Source: an uncultured Gammaproteobacteria bacterium
GTDB lineage: Bacteria; Pseudomonadota; Gammaproteobacteria; Steroidobacterales; Steroidobacteraceae
NCBI GenBank assembly: GCA_963793005.1
Contig: CAWBYP010000006.1
Span: 26,785-90,784 of the forward strand
Direction of reading: 5' to 3'
Length of the DNA stretch: 64,000 nucleotides
Shown here: in pieces, positions 27,564 to 36,084 of the stretch
Position numbering within the stretch: the stretch's first letter is position 1
Layout: each line of letters starts with the position of its first letter
Made by a program: the position numbers and the translations under genes
Notes under the pieces: model-generated
The model's database searches: none
What the model was told of the DNA's origin: nothing
Seen by the model: the letters and a program-made list of their open reading frames with translations, nothing else

Positions 27564-29205
27564 ACTGGAAGCGGACGGTCGTGCGCGCGCGGTCGCGCTG
27601 GCCGCGCTGCGGCTCACAGATGTCGAACCAGTCGCGGTCGTCGAATTCACGTCGCATGGCCGATGCCTGGTCATCGGCCCGAAACCCGCAGCGCTGGACC
27701 TGGCAGGCAAGCTTGCCGGCAAGCTCGAATGTTCCGTCGCCGTACCAGGTGATGCTGCGCTCGACGTGGACCGGGTCGAGGGCATCCAGGTGGTCAGCGG
27801 CGGGCGGCCGATGGTGCGTGGTGCACTGGGCGACTTCGAGGTCGCAATGGTCGCAGGCGGCCAGCAACATTCAATCGGCGCGCTGTTGTCGCCGCCGGTT
27901 GCGCGATTCGACCTGGTGGTCGACCTGGGGACACCCGCGCTGATGCGGCAGGCGATGCCGCCCCTCGGCTACTACGCGCCCGGGACTGACGAGGACGCGC
28001 TCGCCGCATTGCTCGCGACGCTGCCGGAGATGCGCGGCGAGTTCGAGAAGCCCAAGTATTTCAATTACAACCCCGAGATCTGCGCACATGGACGCAACGG
28101 CAAGCGGGCGTGCACGCGTTGCATCGACGCGTGCCCGGCAGAGGCGATCGTGTCGATCGGCAATACGGTGCAGGTCAATCCATACCTGTGCCAGGGCGGC
28201 GGCGCCTGCGCCACGGTCTGCCCCAGCGGGGCCATGACCTATGCCTATCCCAGGCCCGGCGACCTGCTGGGAGCGCTGCGCGCGCTGCTCGGCGATTTCC
28301 ACGCTGCTGGCGGATCCTCCGCGTGCCTGCTGCTGCACGATGCCTCCTCGGTCGCGACGCTCGAGCGCGACCTGGTCGCGCGCATGCCGGAACGCCTGCT
28401 GCCTGTCGAGATCGAGGAGATCGGATCGGTCGGGATGGAAGCGTGGCTCGCCTGCCTCGCCTACGGCGCGGATGCGGTAGTGCTGCTCACCTCGGATCGC
28501 ACGCCGCCGCAGGTGGTCGAAGCGCTGCACGAGCAGCTTGGCACGGCGTGGGCGATTCTCGCCGGAATGGGCTACGGCGCGGATTGCCTGCGCATGGTGA
28601 ATGCGGACCAGCCGGAATCGGCGCTCCAGGCGCTGCTCGGGCTTCCAGCCGGATCGTCGAGGCCGGCCGCGCGCTTTGCGGCGCCCGCTGCCGACAAGCG
28701 CGGCGTGCTGCGGCTTGCCTTGCAGCACTTGCACGCACAGGCACCCGCACCAAAGCGCAGCGTCACACTGCCGCCAGGAGCCCCATTCGGCGAAGTGCGC
28801 GTGAGTGCGGCCGCCTGTACTCTCTGCATGAGCTGCGTATCGGCATGCCCGACCCACGCACTGCAGGATGGCCGCGGCCTTCCGCAGCTGAACTTCCGCG
28901 AATGGGACTGCATCCAGTGCGGCTTGTGCGAGCGCACCTGCCCCGAGGACGCCGTCTCGTTGAGCGCCCGCTTGCTGTATGACCAGGAGGCACGGGAACG
29001 TCCGCGCATACTCCATGAAGAGCAACCGGTGTGCTGCGTCGCGTGCGGCAAGCCATTCGCGACTCGCTCGATGCTGGAGAAACTCGGTCGCAAGCTCGAA
29101 GGCCACTGGATGTTCCAGACGGACGAGGCCCGCAGGCGTCTGCAGATGTGCGAGGACTGCCGGGTGCGCGACCTGTATGCCTCGGAGGCACGAAAGGGCC
29201 GCTAA
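27541..29205 (+). CDS. multi-cluster 4Fe-4S ferredoxin-domain protein
   Basis: Cluster motifs are 'CTRCIDACPAEA', 'CQGGGACATVCPSGA', 'CTLCMSCVSACPTHA' and 'CIQCGLCERTCPED'. A C-terminal Cys pair 'CVACG...CEDCR' is also present. Start taken at ATG 27541. Confidence 0.8.
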   Translation: MPIAGLPELEADGRARAVALAALRLTDVEPVAVVEFTSHGRCLVIGPKPAALDLAGKLAGKLECSVAVPGDAALDVDRVEGIQVVSGGRPMVRGALGDFEVAMVAGGQQHSIGALLSPPVARFDLVVDLGTPALMRQAMPPLGYYAPGTDEDALAALLATLPEMRGEFEKPKYFNYNPEICAHGRNGKRACTRCIDACPAEAIVSIGNTVQVNPYLCQGGGACATVCPSGAMTYAYPRPGDLLGALRALLGDFHAAGGSSACLLLHDASSVATLERDLVARMPERLLPVEIEEIGSVGMEAWLACLAYGADAVVLLTSDRTPPQVVEALHEQLGTAWAILAGMGYGADCLRMVNADQPESALQALLGLPAGSSRPAARFAAPAADKRGVLRLALQHLHAQAPAPKRSVTLPPGAPFGEVRVSAAACTLCMSCVSACPTHALQDGRGLPQLNFREWDCIQCGLCERTCPEDAVSLSARLLYDQEARERPRILHEEQPVCCVACGKPFATRSMLEKLGRKLEGHWMFQTDEARRRLQMCEDCRVRDLYASEARKGR

Positions 29206-29322
29206 GCTCGCGGAACTGGGTCATTCTGGAAGATTATTTGGACACAATGTCTCACTAATGGGAATTTCGTTGGATATATTAGGAATAATCGACGTCACTG
29301 GATGGTCTGAGTCCGCTGGAGA

Positions 29323-29338
29323 TGGCCCACATCTTGCA
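29323..29338 (+). promoter_or_regulatory. candidate sigma-54 (-24/-12) promoter
   Basis: TGGCCCacatcTTGCA has GG-N10-GC spacing identical to the TGGCAC-N5-TTGCA consensus. It lies 35 nt upstream of the TorD-like start, in an unusually AT-rich intergenic region. A sigma-54 activator is encoded about 4.3 kb upstream. Confidence 0.55.
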
Positions 29339-29373
29339 GTCCTGTGCAGGGTTAGCAGTGCAAGGCCCAGTGA

Positions 29374-30040
29374 ATGTTGTCTCAGTCAACCGGCCGGATT
29401 GAATCGCCCGAGGTGGTGCGCTTGAGCGCGCTGCCCGACGAGGACCGCGCCCGGGGCAACGTGTACGCGCTGCTCGGCAACCTGCTGGCCGGTCCTCCTG
29501 ACGCCGGGATGCTGCAGATGCTGCGCGGCATCATCGCCCGAGACCGACGACTACAGCCTGCTGGCCGCCGCCTGGCAGATGCTGGCGGTAGCGGCGTCGC
29601 GCACCGACCATGAGTCGTTGCGGGAAGAATACGACGCGCTTTTCATCGGCGTCGGCCGCGGCGAACTCGTGCCCTACGGCTCCTGGTACCTCACTGGCTT
29701 CCTGATGGAGCAGCCGCTCGCGCAGTTGAGGGGCGACCTGCGCGAGCTCGGCATCGAGCGCCAGGCCGGCGTGCACGAACCCGAGGATCACGCCGCGGCA
29801 CTGTGCGACACCATGGCGCTGCTCATCACCGCGGACGAGCCGGCACCGCTCGACCAGCAGCATGGTTTCTTTGCCCGTCACCTCGAGCCCTGGATGCCAC
29901 GATTCTTCCGCGACCTGCAGCAGGCGGAGTCCGCGCGTTTCTACCGGGCCGTGGGGCAACTGGGCGAACTGTTCATCGGCGTCGAGGCGCAGGCGTTCCG
30001 GGTTTCCGTCCCGGCCGCAGGCGCTGCGAAGCCCTCATGA
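29374..30040 (+). pseudogene. TorD-family redox-enzyme maturation chaperone, frame broken at about 29537
   Basis: The N-terminus (29374-29613 ORF) reads 'RGNVYALLGNLLAGPPDAGMLQML' in frame 1. The rest (29579-30040 ORF) reads 'LLAAAWQMLAVAASRTDHESLREEYDALFIGVGRGEL...' in frame 2. Removing one C from CCC at 29537-29539 joins them. Confidence 0.75.
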
Positions 30041-30052
30041 GGAAGCACGACC

Positions 30053-30259
30053 ATGATTCGAAACCTGATTGACAGAACGACCGATCGACGCAAGTTCCTG
30101 CGTGACATCGCGGCCGCAGGCGGTCTTGTCGCCGTCGCGAGTTCGACCGGTGCAACGGCCGTGGCGCGTAGCGCGGCTCCCGTGGCGCCGGCGAGCAAGC
30201 CCGCTGGTTATCGGGTGACTGCGCACGTTTCGAAGTATTACGACAAGGCACGGATCTGA
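30053..30259 (+). CDS. formate dehydrogenase region TAT-target small protein
   Basis: 68 aa with a twin-arginine motif, 'DRRKFLRDIAAAGGLVAVA'. It sits immediately upstream of the FDH alpha gene. Confidence 0.75.
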   Translation: MIRNLIDRTTDRRKFLRDIAAAGGLVAVASSTGATAVARSAAPVAPASKPAGYRVTAHVSKYYDKARI

Positions 30260-30320
30260 GCGGCGCGCCCGAGCGCACCGACCAGGCACGTCCTCACCAC
30301 TGCAACCGGGAGACTCAGCG

Positions 30321-33206
30321 ATGAAGCTGGTCAAGAAGCAAGACGTCAGAACAGCTGAATCCACACCCGCCACCGGCGGGCTGCTGGGCCGCACCATCGA
30401 CCGGCGCACCTTCCTGCGCCGCACCGGAATGGCGGCCGGCGGCGCAGCCGTCGCCACCACGGTCTCGATGCGCATGATGAGACGGGCAGATGCCGCGTCG
30501 CCCGACGCAGCTGACGGCGACGCCGAGACCCGGCGCTCGATCTGCACGCACTGCTCGGTCGGCTGCGGAATCATCGCAGAGGTGCAGAACGGCGTCTGGA
30601 CCGGACAGGAGCCGGATTTCGACTCGCCCTTCAACCTCGGCGGCCATTGCGCCAAGGGCGCTGCGGTCCGCGAGCACGGCCACGGCGACAAGCGGCTCAA
30701 GTACCCGATGAAACTCGTGGGCGGCAAGTGGCAGCGCCTTTCCTGGGACGATGCGATCAACGAGATTGGTGACAAAGTGCTCTCGATCCGGGAGCAGAAC
30801 AGCCCGGACTCCGTCTACTGGCTTGGCTCGGCGAAGTTCTCCAACGAGCAGGCCTACCTGTACCGCAAGTTCGCCGCGATGTGGGGCACCAACAACGTCG
30901 ACCACCAGGCGCGCATCTGCCATTCGACCACGGTCGCAGGCGTAGCCAATACCTGGGGCTACGGCGCGATGACCAACTCCTACAACGACATGCACCTGTG
31001 CAAGTCGATGTTCTTCATCGGCAGCAACGCCGCCGAGGCGCACCCGGTCGCGATGCAGCACATCCTGCGCGGCAAGGAGAATGGCGCGAAGCTGATCGTC
31101 GTCGACCCGCGCTTCACGCGCACGGCGGCGCACGCCGACCAGTACATCCGGCTGCGCTCCGGCACCGACGTCCCGCTGATCTGGGGCGTGCTGTGGCACA
31201 TCTTCGAGAACGGCTGGGAAGACAAGGAGTACATCAGCCAGCGCGTCTTCGGCATGGACGAGATCCGCGCGGAAGTCGCGAAGTGGACACCCGACGTGGT
31301 CGAGAACGTCACCGGCGTGCCGGCTGATCAGGTCAAGCTTGCGGCCCAGACCATGGCCGAGAACCGGCCCGGTACCATCGTCTGGTGCATGGGCGGCACC
31401 CAGCACACGATCGGTAACAACAACACCCGCGCGTACTGCATCCTGCAGCTCGCGCTGGGTAACATCGGCACCGCTGGCGGCGGTGCAAACATCTTCCGTG
31501 GCCACGACAACGTGCAGGGCGCGACCGACCTGGGCGTTCTGTCCGATACGCTGCCCGGTTACTACAGCCTGGCCGAAGGCGCGTGGAAGCACTGGTGCAA
31601 GGTGTGGGACCTCGACTACGAGTGGGTGAAGGCCCGCTTCGACCAGGCGAGCTACGAAGAGGGCAAGGACATGACGCCCTCGATGTTCCTGCGCGGCATC
31701 ACGGTTTCGCGCTGGATCGACGGCGTGATGGAGCCGGCCGAGAACATGGCGCAGAAGGCCCCGATCAAGGCCATGTTCATGTGGGGCCACGCGCCCAACA
31801 GCCAGACCCGCGGCCCCGAGATGAAAAAGGCCATGGAAGCGCTCGAGATGCTGGTCATCGTGGACCCGTATCCGACGCACTCCTCCGTGCTGCCCGACCG
31901 GCAGGACGGCATCTACCTGCTGCCTGCGGCCACGCAGTTCGAGACCTATGGGTCGGTGACCGCGTCGAACCGCTCGCTGCAGTGGCGCGAGAAGATCATC
32001 GACCCGCTGTTCGAGTCGCTGCCCGACCACGTCATCATGTACAAGTTCGCGAAGAAGTTCGGCTTCGAGGAGCAGTTGACCAAGCACATAAAGGTCAACG
32101 GCGAGGAACCGCTGATCGAGGACATCCTGCGCGAGATCAACCGCGGCATGTGGACCGTCGGCTATACCGGCCAGAGCCCCGAGCGCCTCAAGCTCCACAT
32201 GGAGAACAAGCACACCTTCAACACCACGACGCTGAAGGCCGAGGGCGGCCCCTGCGACGGCGACTACTACGGCCTGCCGTGGCCCTGCTGGGGCACTCCG
32301 GAGATGAAACACCCGGGCTCGCCGAACCTTTACGACACCAGCAAGACCGTGGCGGAAGGCGGCATGCCGTTCCGTGCGCGGTTCGGTGTCGAGTACCAGG
32401 GCAAGAACCTGCTGTCCGAGGGCTCCTGGAGCAAGGGTTCCGAGATCCAGGACGGCTACCCGGAGTTCACGGCCGACATGCTGAAGCAGCTCGGCTGGTG
32501 GGAAGACCTGACAGCGGACGAAAAGACTGCTGCCGAGGGCAAGAACTGGAAGACCGACCTGTCCGGCGGCATCCAGCGCGTCGCCATCAAGCACGGTTGC
32601 GCGCCGTACGGCAATGCCAAGGCACGCTGCATCGTCTGGACGTTCCCGGACCCGGTGCCGATCCACCGCGAGCCTCTCTATACGTCGCGCTATGACCTCG
32701 TGGCGCAATACCCGACCTACGAAGACAGGAAGCGCTTCTGGCGACTGCCCACGCGCTACATGTCGATCCAGGCCAAGGACTATTCCGGCGACTATCCGCT
32801 GATCCACACCAGCGGCCGCCTGGTCGAATACGAGGGCGGTGGCGCCGAGACTCGCTCGAACAAGTGGCTCGCGGAGCTGCAACAGCACATGTTCGCCGAG
32901 ATCAACCCGGCCGACGCGAACGACCGCGGCATCAAGGACGGCCAGTGGATATGGCTCGAAGGGCCCGAGGGCGGCCGAATCAAGATCATGGCGATGGTCA
33001 CACCGCGCGTCGGCAGGGGCGTGGTGTTCACGCCCTACCACTTCGGCGGCTGGTACGAGGGCACGGACCTGTTGCCGAAGTACCCCGAAGGGACGGCCCC
33101 CTATGTGCGGGGCGAAGCCGCCAACACGGCGTTCACCTACGGCTACGACTCGGTGACTGCAATGCAGGAAACCAAGGCGTCGCTCTGCCAGATCACGCCA
33201 GCCTAG
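30321..33206 (+). CDS. periplasmic (Tat-exported) formate dehydrogenase alpha subunit, Cys type
   Basis: 961 aa. Tat signal 'DRRTFLRRTGMAAGGAAV', 4Fe-4S motif 'CTHCSVGCG' and active site 'HQARICHSTTVAG'. The active-site position holds Cys, with no in-frame TGA. Confidence 0.95.
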   Translation: MKLVKKQDVRTAESTPATGGLLGRTIDRRTFLRRTGMAAGGAAVATTVSMRMMRRADAASPDAADGDAETRRSICTHCSVGCGIIAEVQNGVWTGQEPDFDSPFNLGGHCAKGAAVREHGHGDKRLKYPMKLVGGKWQRLSWDDAINEIGDKVLSIREQNSPDSVYWLGSAKFSNEQAYLYRKFAAMWGTNNVDHQARICHSTTVAGVANTWGYGAMTNSYNDMHLCKSMFFIGSNAAEAHPVAMQHILRGKENGAKLIVVDPRFTRTAAHADQYIRLRSGTDVPLIWGVLWHIFENGWEDKEYISQRVFGMDEIRAEVAKWTPDVVENVTGVPADQVKLAAQTMAENRPGTIVWCMGGTQHTIGNNNTRAYCILQLALGNIGTAGGGANIFRGHDNVQGATDLGVLSDTLPGYYSLAEGAWKHWCKVWDLDYEWVKARFDQASYEEGKDMTPSMFLRGITVSRWIDGVMEPAENMAQKAPIKAMFMWGHAPNSQTRGPEMKKAMEALEMLVIVDPYPTHSSVLPDRQDGIYLLPAATQFETYGSVTASNRSLQWREKIIDPLFESLPDHVIMYKFAKKFGFEEQLTKHIKVNGEEPLIEDILREINRGMWTVGYTGQSPERLKLHMENKHTFNTTTLKAEGGPCDGDYYGLPWPCWGTPEMKHPGSPNLYDTSKTVAEGGMPFRARFGVEYQGKNLLSEGSWSKGSEIQDGYPEFTADMLKQLGWWEDLTADEKTAAEGKNWKTDLSGGIQRVAIKHGCAPYGNAKARCIVWTFPDPVPIHREPLYTSRYDLVAQYPTYEDRKRFWRLPTRYMSIQAKDYSGDYPLIHTSGRLVEYEGGGAETRSNKWLAELQQHMFAEINPADANDRGIKDGQWIWLEGPEGGRIKIMAMVTPRVGRGVVFTPYHFGGWYEGTDLLPKYPEGTAPYVRGEAANTAFTYGYDSVTAMQETKASLCQITPA

Positions 33207-33219
33207 GAGAGACTCGATC

Positions 33220-33810
33220 ATGGCTCGTATGAAATTCCTGTGTGATTCCGAGCGCTGCATCGAATGCAACGGCTGCGTGACAGCGTGCAAGAACGAGAAT
33301 GACGTACCCTGGGGCGTGAACCGCCGCCGGGTGGTCACGCTCGACGACGGCGTGCCCGGCGAGCACTCGATCTCGGTCGCCTGCATGCATTGCACGGACG
33401 CGCCGTGCGCGGCGGTATGCCCGGTGGACTGCTTCGTCACGACCGCGGACGGAGTCGTGCTGCACGACAAGGACCTCTGCATCGGCTGCGGCTACTGCTT
33501 CTATGCGTGTCCCTTCGGCGCGCCGCAGTACCCTCAGAAAGAGGCCTTCGGCGTGCGCGGCAAGATGGACAAGTGCACGTTCTGCTCCGGCGGTCCCGGC
33601 GACGGCACCCCCGAGGAGCAGTACGAGAAGTACGGCTCCAATCGAGTCGCCGAGGGCAAGTTGCCGTTGTGCGCGGAGATGTGTGCGACCAAGGCGCTGC
33701 TCGCGGGCGACGCCGACGTCGTGTCCGACATCTACCTGGAGCGCGTCTCGAAGCGCGACGGCCGGCCGCAGAGCTGGGGCTGGTTGACCGCGTACCAGGA
33801 TGAAGTGTGA
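33220..33810 (+). CDS. fdh3B: formate dehydrogenase iron-sulfur (beta) subunit
   Basis: 196 aa. Motifs 'CIECNGCVTACK', 'CMHCTDAPCAAVCP', 'CIGCGYCFYACP' and 'CTFC...CAEMC'. Confidence 0.92.
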   Translation: MARMKFLCDSERCIECNGCVTACKNENDVPWGVNRRRVVTLDDGVPGEHSISVACMHCTDAPCAAVCPVDCFVTTADGVVLHDKDLCIGCGYCFYACPFGAPQYPQKEAFGVRGKMDKCTFCSGGPGDGTPEEQYEKYGSNRVAEGKLPLCAEMCATKALLAGDADVVSDIYLERVSKRDGRPQSWGWLTAYQDEV

Positions 33811-33847
33811 CGCAGGGATTCGACCTGCTCCTCTGGAGAATCGTGTA

Positions 33848-34045
33848 ATGAAAACCTGGCAATTGACTCGGACCTTGGGCTTGCTCGCGGTCGTGGCCGT
33901 GCTGGCAACCGGATGCGGACGCGGCAAGGGCGTGACCGTCTACGAGCCCGGCGTCTACAAGGGCGCGGCCTATGCGATGCAGTTCACGCCACAGCTGCAG
34001 TCAGAGTTGCAGGAGCGTTGCCGGACGGGCCAGTCGGACCGCTGA
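33848..34045 (+). CDS. small putative lipoprotein inside the FDH operon
   Basis: 65 aa, 'MKTWQLTRTLGLLAVVAVLATGCGRG', with a lipobox. It lies between the beta and gamma subunit genes. No homology recognised. Confidence 0.45.
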   Translation: MKTWQLTRTLGLLAVVAVLATGCGRGKGVTVYEPGVYKGAAYAMQFTPQLQSELQERCRTGQSDR

Positions 34046-34076
34046 GACGCCAGGCAGCAGGATCGGGAGACGACGA

Positions 34077-35150
34077 ATGAACCAGTCTCGAAGCGGGATT
34101 AACCACCGGACCGGGCGTATTAAGGCGATGCTCTGGAGCATCGTGCTGATCGCCGCTGGCGCCATGCTTCTGCCGCTGACCGCATACGTGTGGACAGCAG
34201 CAGTGCAGGCACAGGAAACGAGCGCGCAGAACGATGCCGACGGCAAGAACCCTCGCTCGGAGTACTGGCGGGAGGTTCGCGAATCCGACCCCGGCTACAC
34301 GGCCGTCACGGGCCCGGAAGCCAACATCCTGATACAAAGCCGCGGCGAGACCTGGCGCGAACTGCGCAACGGCCCGGTGATGATCATCGGCGCCATCCTG
34401 GTGCTCGGCGTGATCCTCGCCGTGCTCGCCTATCACCTGATGCACGGCGGTTTCAAGCTGGAGCACCGCACGGGGCGCAAGGTGCTGCGCTGGGCCGTGT
34501 CGGACCGCGTGCTGCACTGGTACACCGCGGTCCTGTTCGTCGTGCTCGCGATCACCGGATTGAGCCTGCTGTGGGGCCGTGCCGTGCTGATACCGGTGTT
34601 CGGCAAGGAAGGCTTTGCAGCCTGGGCCGGGATCGCGAAGCCGGTCCATGACTACCTGGCGCTGGCCTTTGCCGCCGGACTCATCGTCATGGTGCTCAAG
34701 TGGTTCCACCACAACATCCCGGCCTCCTACGACCTGGAATGGATCAAGAAGGCGGGCGGCTATCTCGGCGATAGCCATCCTCCGGCGGGCTTCGCAAACG
34801 CCGGCGAAAAGGCTTATTACTGGACGCTCGTTTTCGCGGGCACCGCGCTGGTCGTGTCGGGTTTCTGGCTGCTGTTCCCGAACCTCGGCTTCGACCGGGC
34901 CGCGATGCAGAACGCGAACATCGTGCACAGCGTGAGCGCACTTATCCTGACCGCATTCGTCTGCCTGCACATCTACCTCGGCACGCTCGGCAGCGAGGGC
35001 GCGCTGGAGGGCATGATCACCGGCGAGGTGGATGAAGGCTGGGCGCGCCAGCACCATGGCGTGTGGCTGGACGAAATCCAGCAGGGCCATGGGGAAGCCC
35101 GGCACGAGAGCGCCGCCGGGACGGTCGGCCGAGGCTCCGACCTGACCTGA
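34077..35150 (+). CDS. formate dehydrogenase gamma subunit (cytochrome b) with long N-terminal periplasmic extension
   Basis: Start trimmed to 'MNQSRSG', with a GGGAGA RBS. It has four TM helices and conserved His residues ('RVLHWYTAV', 'KWFHHN', 'NIVHSVSAL', 'CLHIYLG'). Confidence 0.88.
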   Translation: MNQSRSGINHRTGRIKAMLWSIVLIAAGAMLLPLTAYVWTAAVQAQETSAQNDADGKNPRSEYWREVRESDPGYTAVTGPEANILIQSRGETWRELRNGPVMIIGAILVLGVILAVLAYHLMHGGFKLEHRTGRKVLRWAVSDRVLHWYTAVLFVVLAITGLSLLWGRAVLIPVFGKEGFAAWAGIAKPVHDYLALAFAAGLIVMVLKWFHHNIPASYDLEWIKKAGGYLGDSHPPAGFANAGEKAYYWTLVFAGTALVVSGFWLLFPNLGFDRAAMQNANIVHSVSALILTAFVCLHIYLGTLGSEGALEGMITGEVDEGWARQHHGVWLDEIQQGHGEARHESAAGTVGRGSDLT

Positions 35151-35174
35151 AGAATCGAACAATTGGGGGGCTAA

Positions 35175-35202
35175 AGGGGGCGCGCAAGCGCCCCCTGACT
35201 TT
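35175..35202 (+). terminator. rho-independent terminator
   Basis: The stem GGGGGCGC / GCGCCCCC has the loop GCAA and is followed by TGACTTTT. It lies 25 nt after the FDH gamma stop. Confidence 0.65.
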
Positions 35203-35346
35203 TGACGAACATGGTCCTGCAAACGGGCCCCGGTCGGGTCGGGTACGCCACGCTGGTTGGATCCGAATTGCCAGGTTGGACACATGCCCCCCGGCGTGTA
35301 ACCTCCAACGACTCACGCGGCGGTGTTCCGCCGGGGATCGAAGCAC

Positions 35347-36084
35347 ATGCGCTGCCTGATCGGCATCGACGACACCGACAACCTGGAGAGCCGGGGAACC
35401 GGCTTTCGCGCCCGCCAGCTCGGCGCGCGTCTCGCCGAGGCCGGGCTCGGCCGGGCACGCGGCATCACGCGGCACCAGCTGTACGTGCACTCGTCCATTC
35501 CATACACGTCCCACAACAGCTCGGCGTGCCTCGACGTGGATATTGACAAGGCGCGCCTGGACGCCGTGCGTGACTTCTGTCGCGACTACCTGGCACAGGA
35601 AAGCGCGGAAGGCTCGGACGCAGGCCTGTGCCTCGCGGGCTTCGATGCCGTCGCCGATGAGCTGGTCGCATTCGGACGCAGCGCGAAAGACACTATCCGC
35701 ACTCAGGCCGAAGCCCGCGACCTCGCGGCTCGCCACGGTGCCCACCTCGAGGGAGTCACCGGGGACCAGGGGGGCGTGATCGGCGCACTGTCGGCCGTCG
35801 GCCTGCGACGCGGGGGCCACGATGGGCGATTCATCTGGCTCGAAGGCGTGCGCGAGCTGACCGGCACGATGACGGCGGGTGCACTGGTCGCCACGACTGG
35901 CATAGACTCTGTCGAAACGACCGACGGCCACCCGCTTCCAGAGGACGCGGTGGTGCTCGTGGATCCATGGCCGCGTCCCGTGCTGCTGCACGGCAAGGCC
36001 GTGCTGCTTACGGAGAAGAACGGGGATGGGCACGAACATGGCGGCTGGAAAATCCTCTGCAAGGAAGCTATTCGGCGTTATTGA
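35347..36084 (+). CDS. TiaS-kinase-domain-like (DUF1743-like) protein
   Basis: The sequence 'MRCLIGIDDTDNLESRGTGFRARQL...RHQLYVHSSIPYTSHNSSACLDV' mirrors the archaeal TiaS N-terminal pattern 'IGIDDTDS..G.CTT...IPY(K/T)' as I recall it. Start taken at ATG 35347. Confidence 0.55.
   Translation: MRCLIGIDDTDNLESRGTGFRARQLGARLAEAGLGRARGITRHQLYVHSSIPYTSHNSSACLDVDIDKARLDAVRDFCRDYLAQESAEGSDAGLCLAGFDAVADELVAFGRSAKDTIRTQAEARDLAARHGAHLEGVTGDQGGVIGALSAVGLRRGGHDGRFIWLEGVRELTGTMTAGALVATTGIDSVETTDGHPLPEDAVVLVDPWPRPVLLHGKAVLLTEKNGDGHEHGGWKILCKEAIRRY

Noticed and set aside
30321-33206. Selenocysteine (in-frame TGA plus SECIS) in the formate dehydrogenase alpha subunits, including 12982-15759.
   Set aside because: Both ORFs are uninterrupted and have Cys at the expected position ('ARICHSTTV' and 'RLCHASSV'). 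No selA, selB or selD is present in the window.
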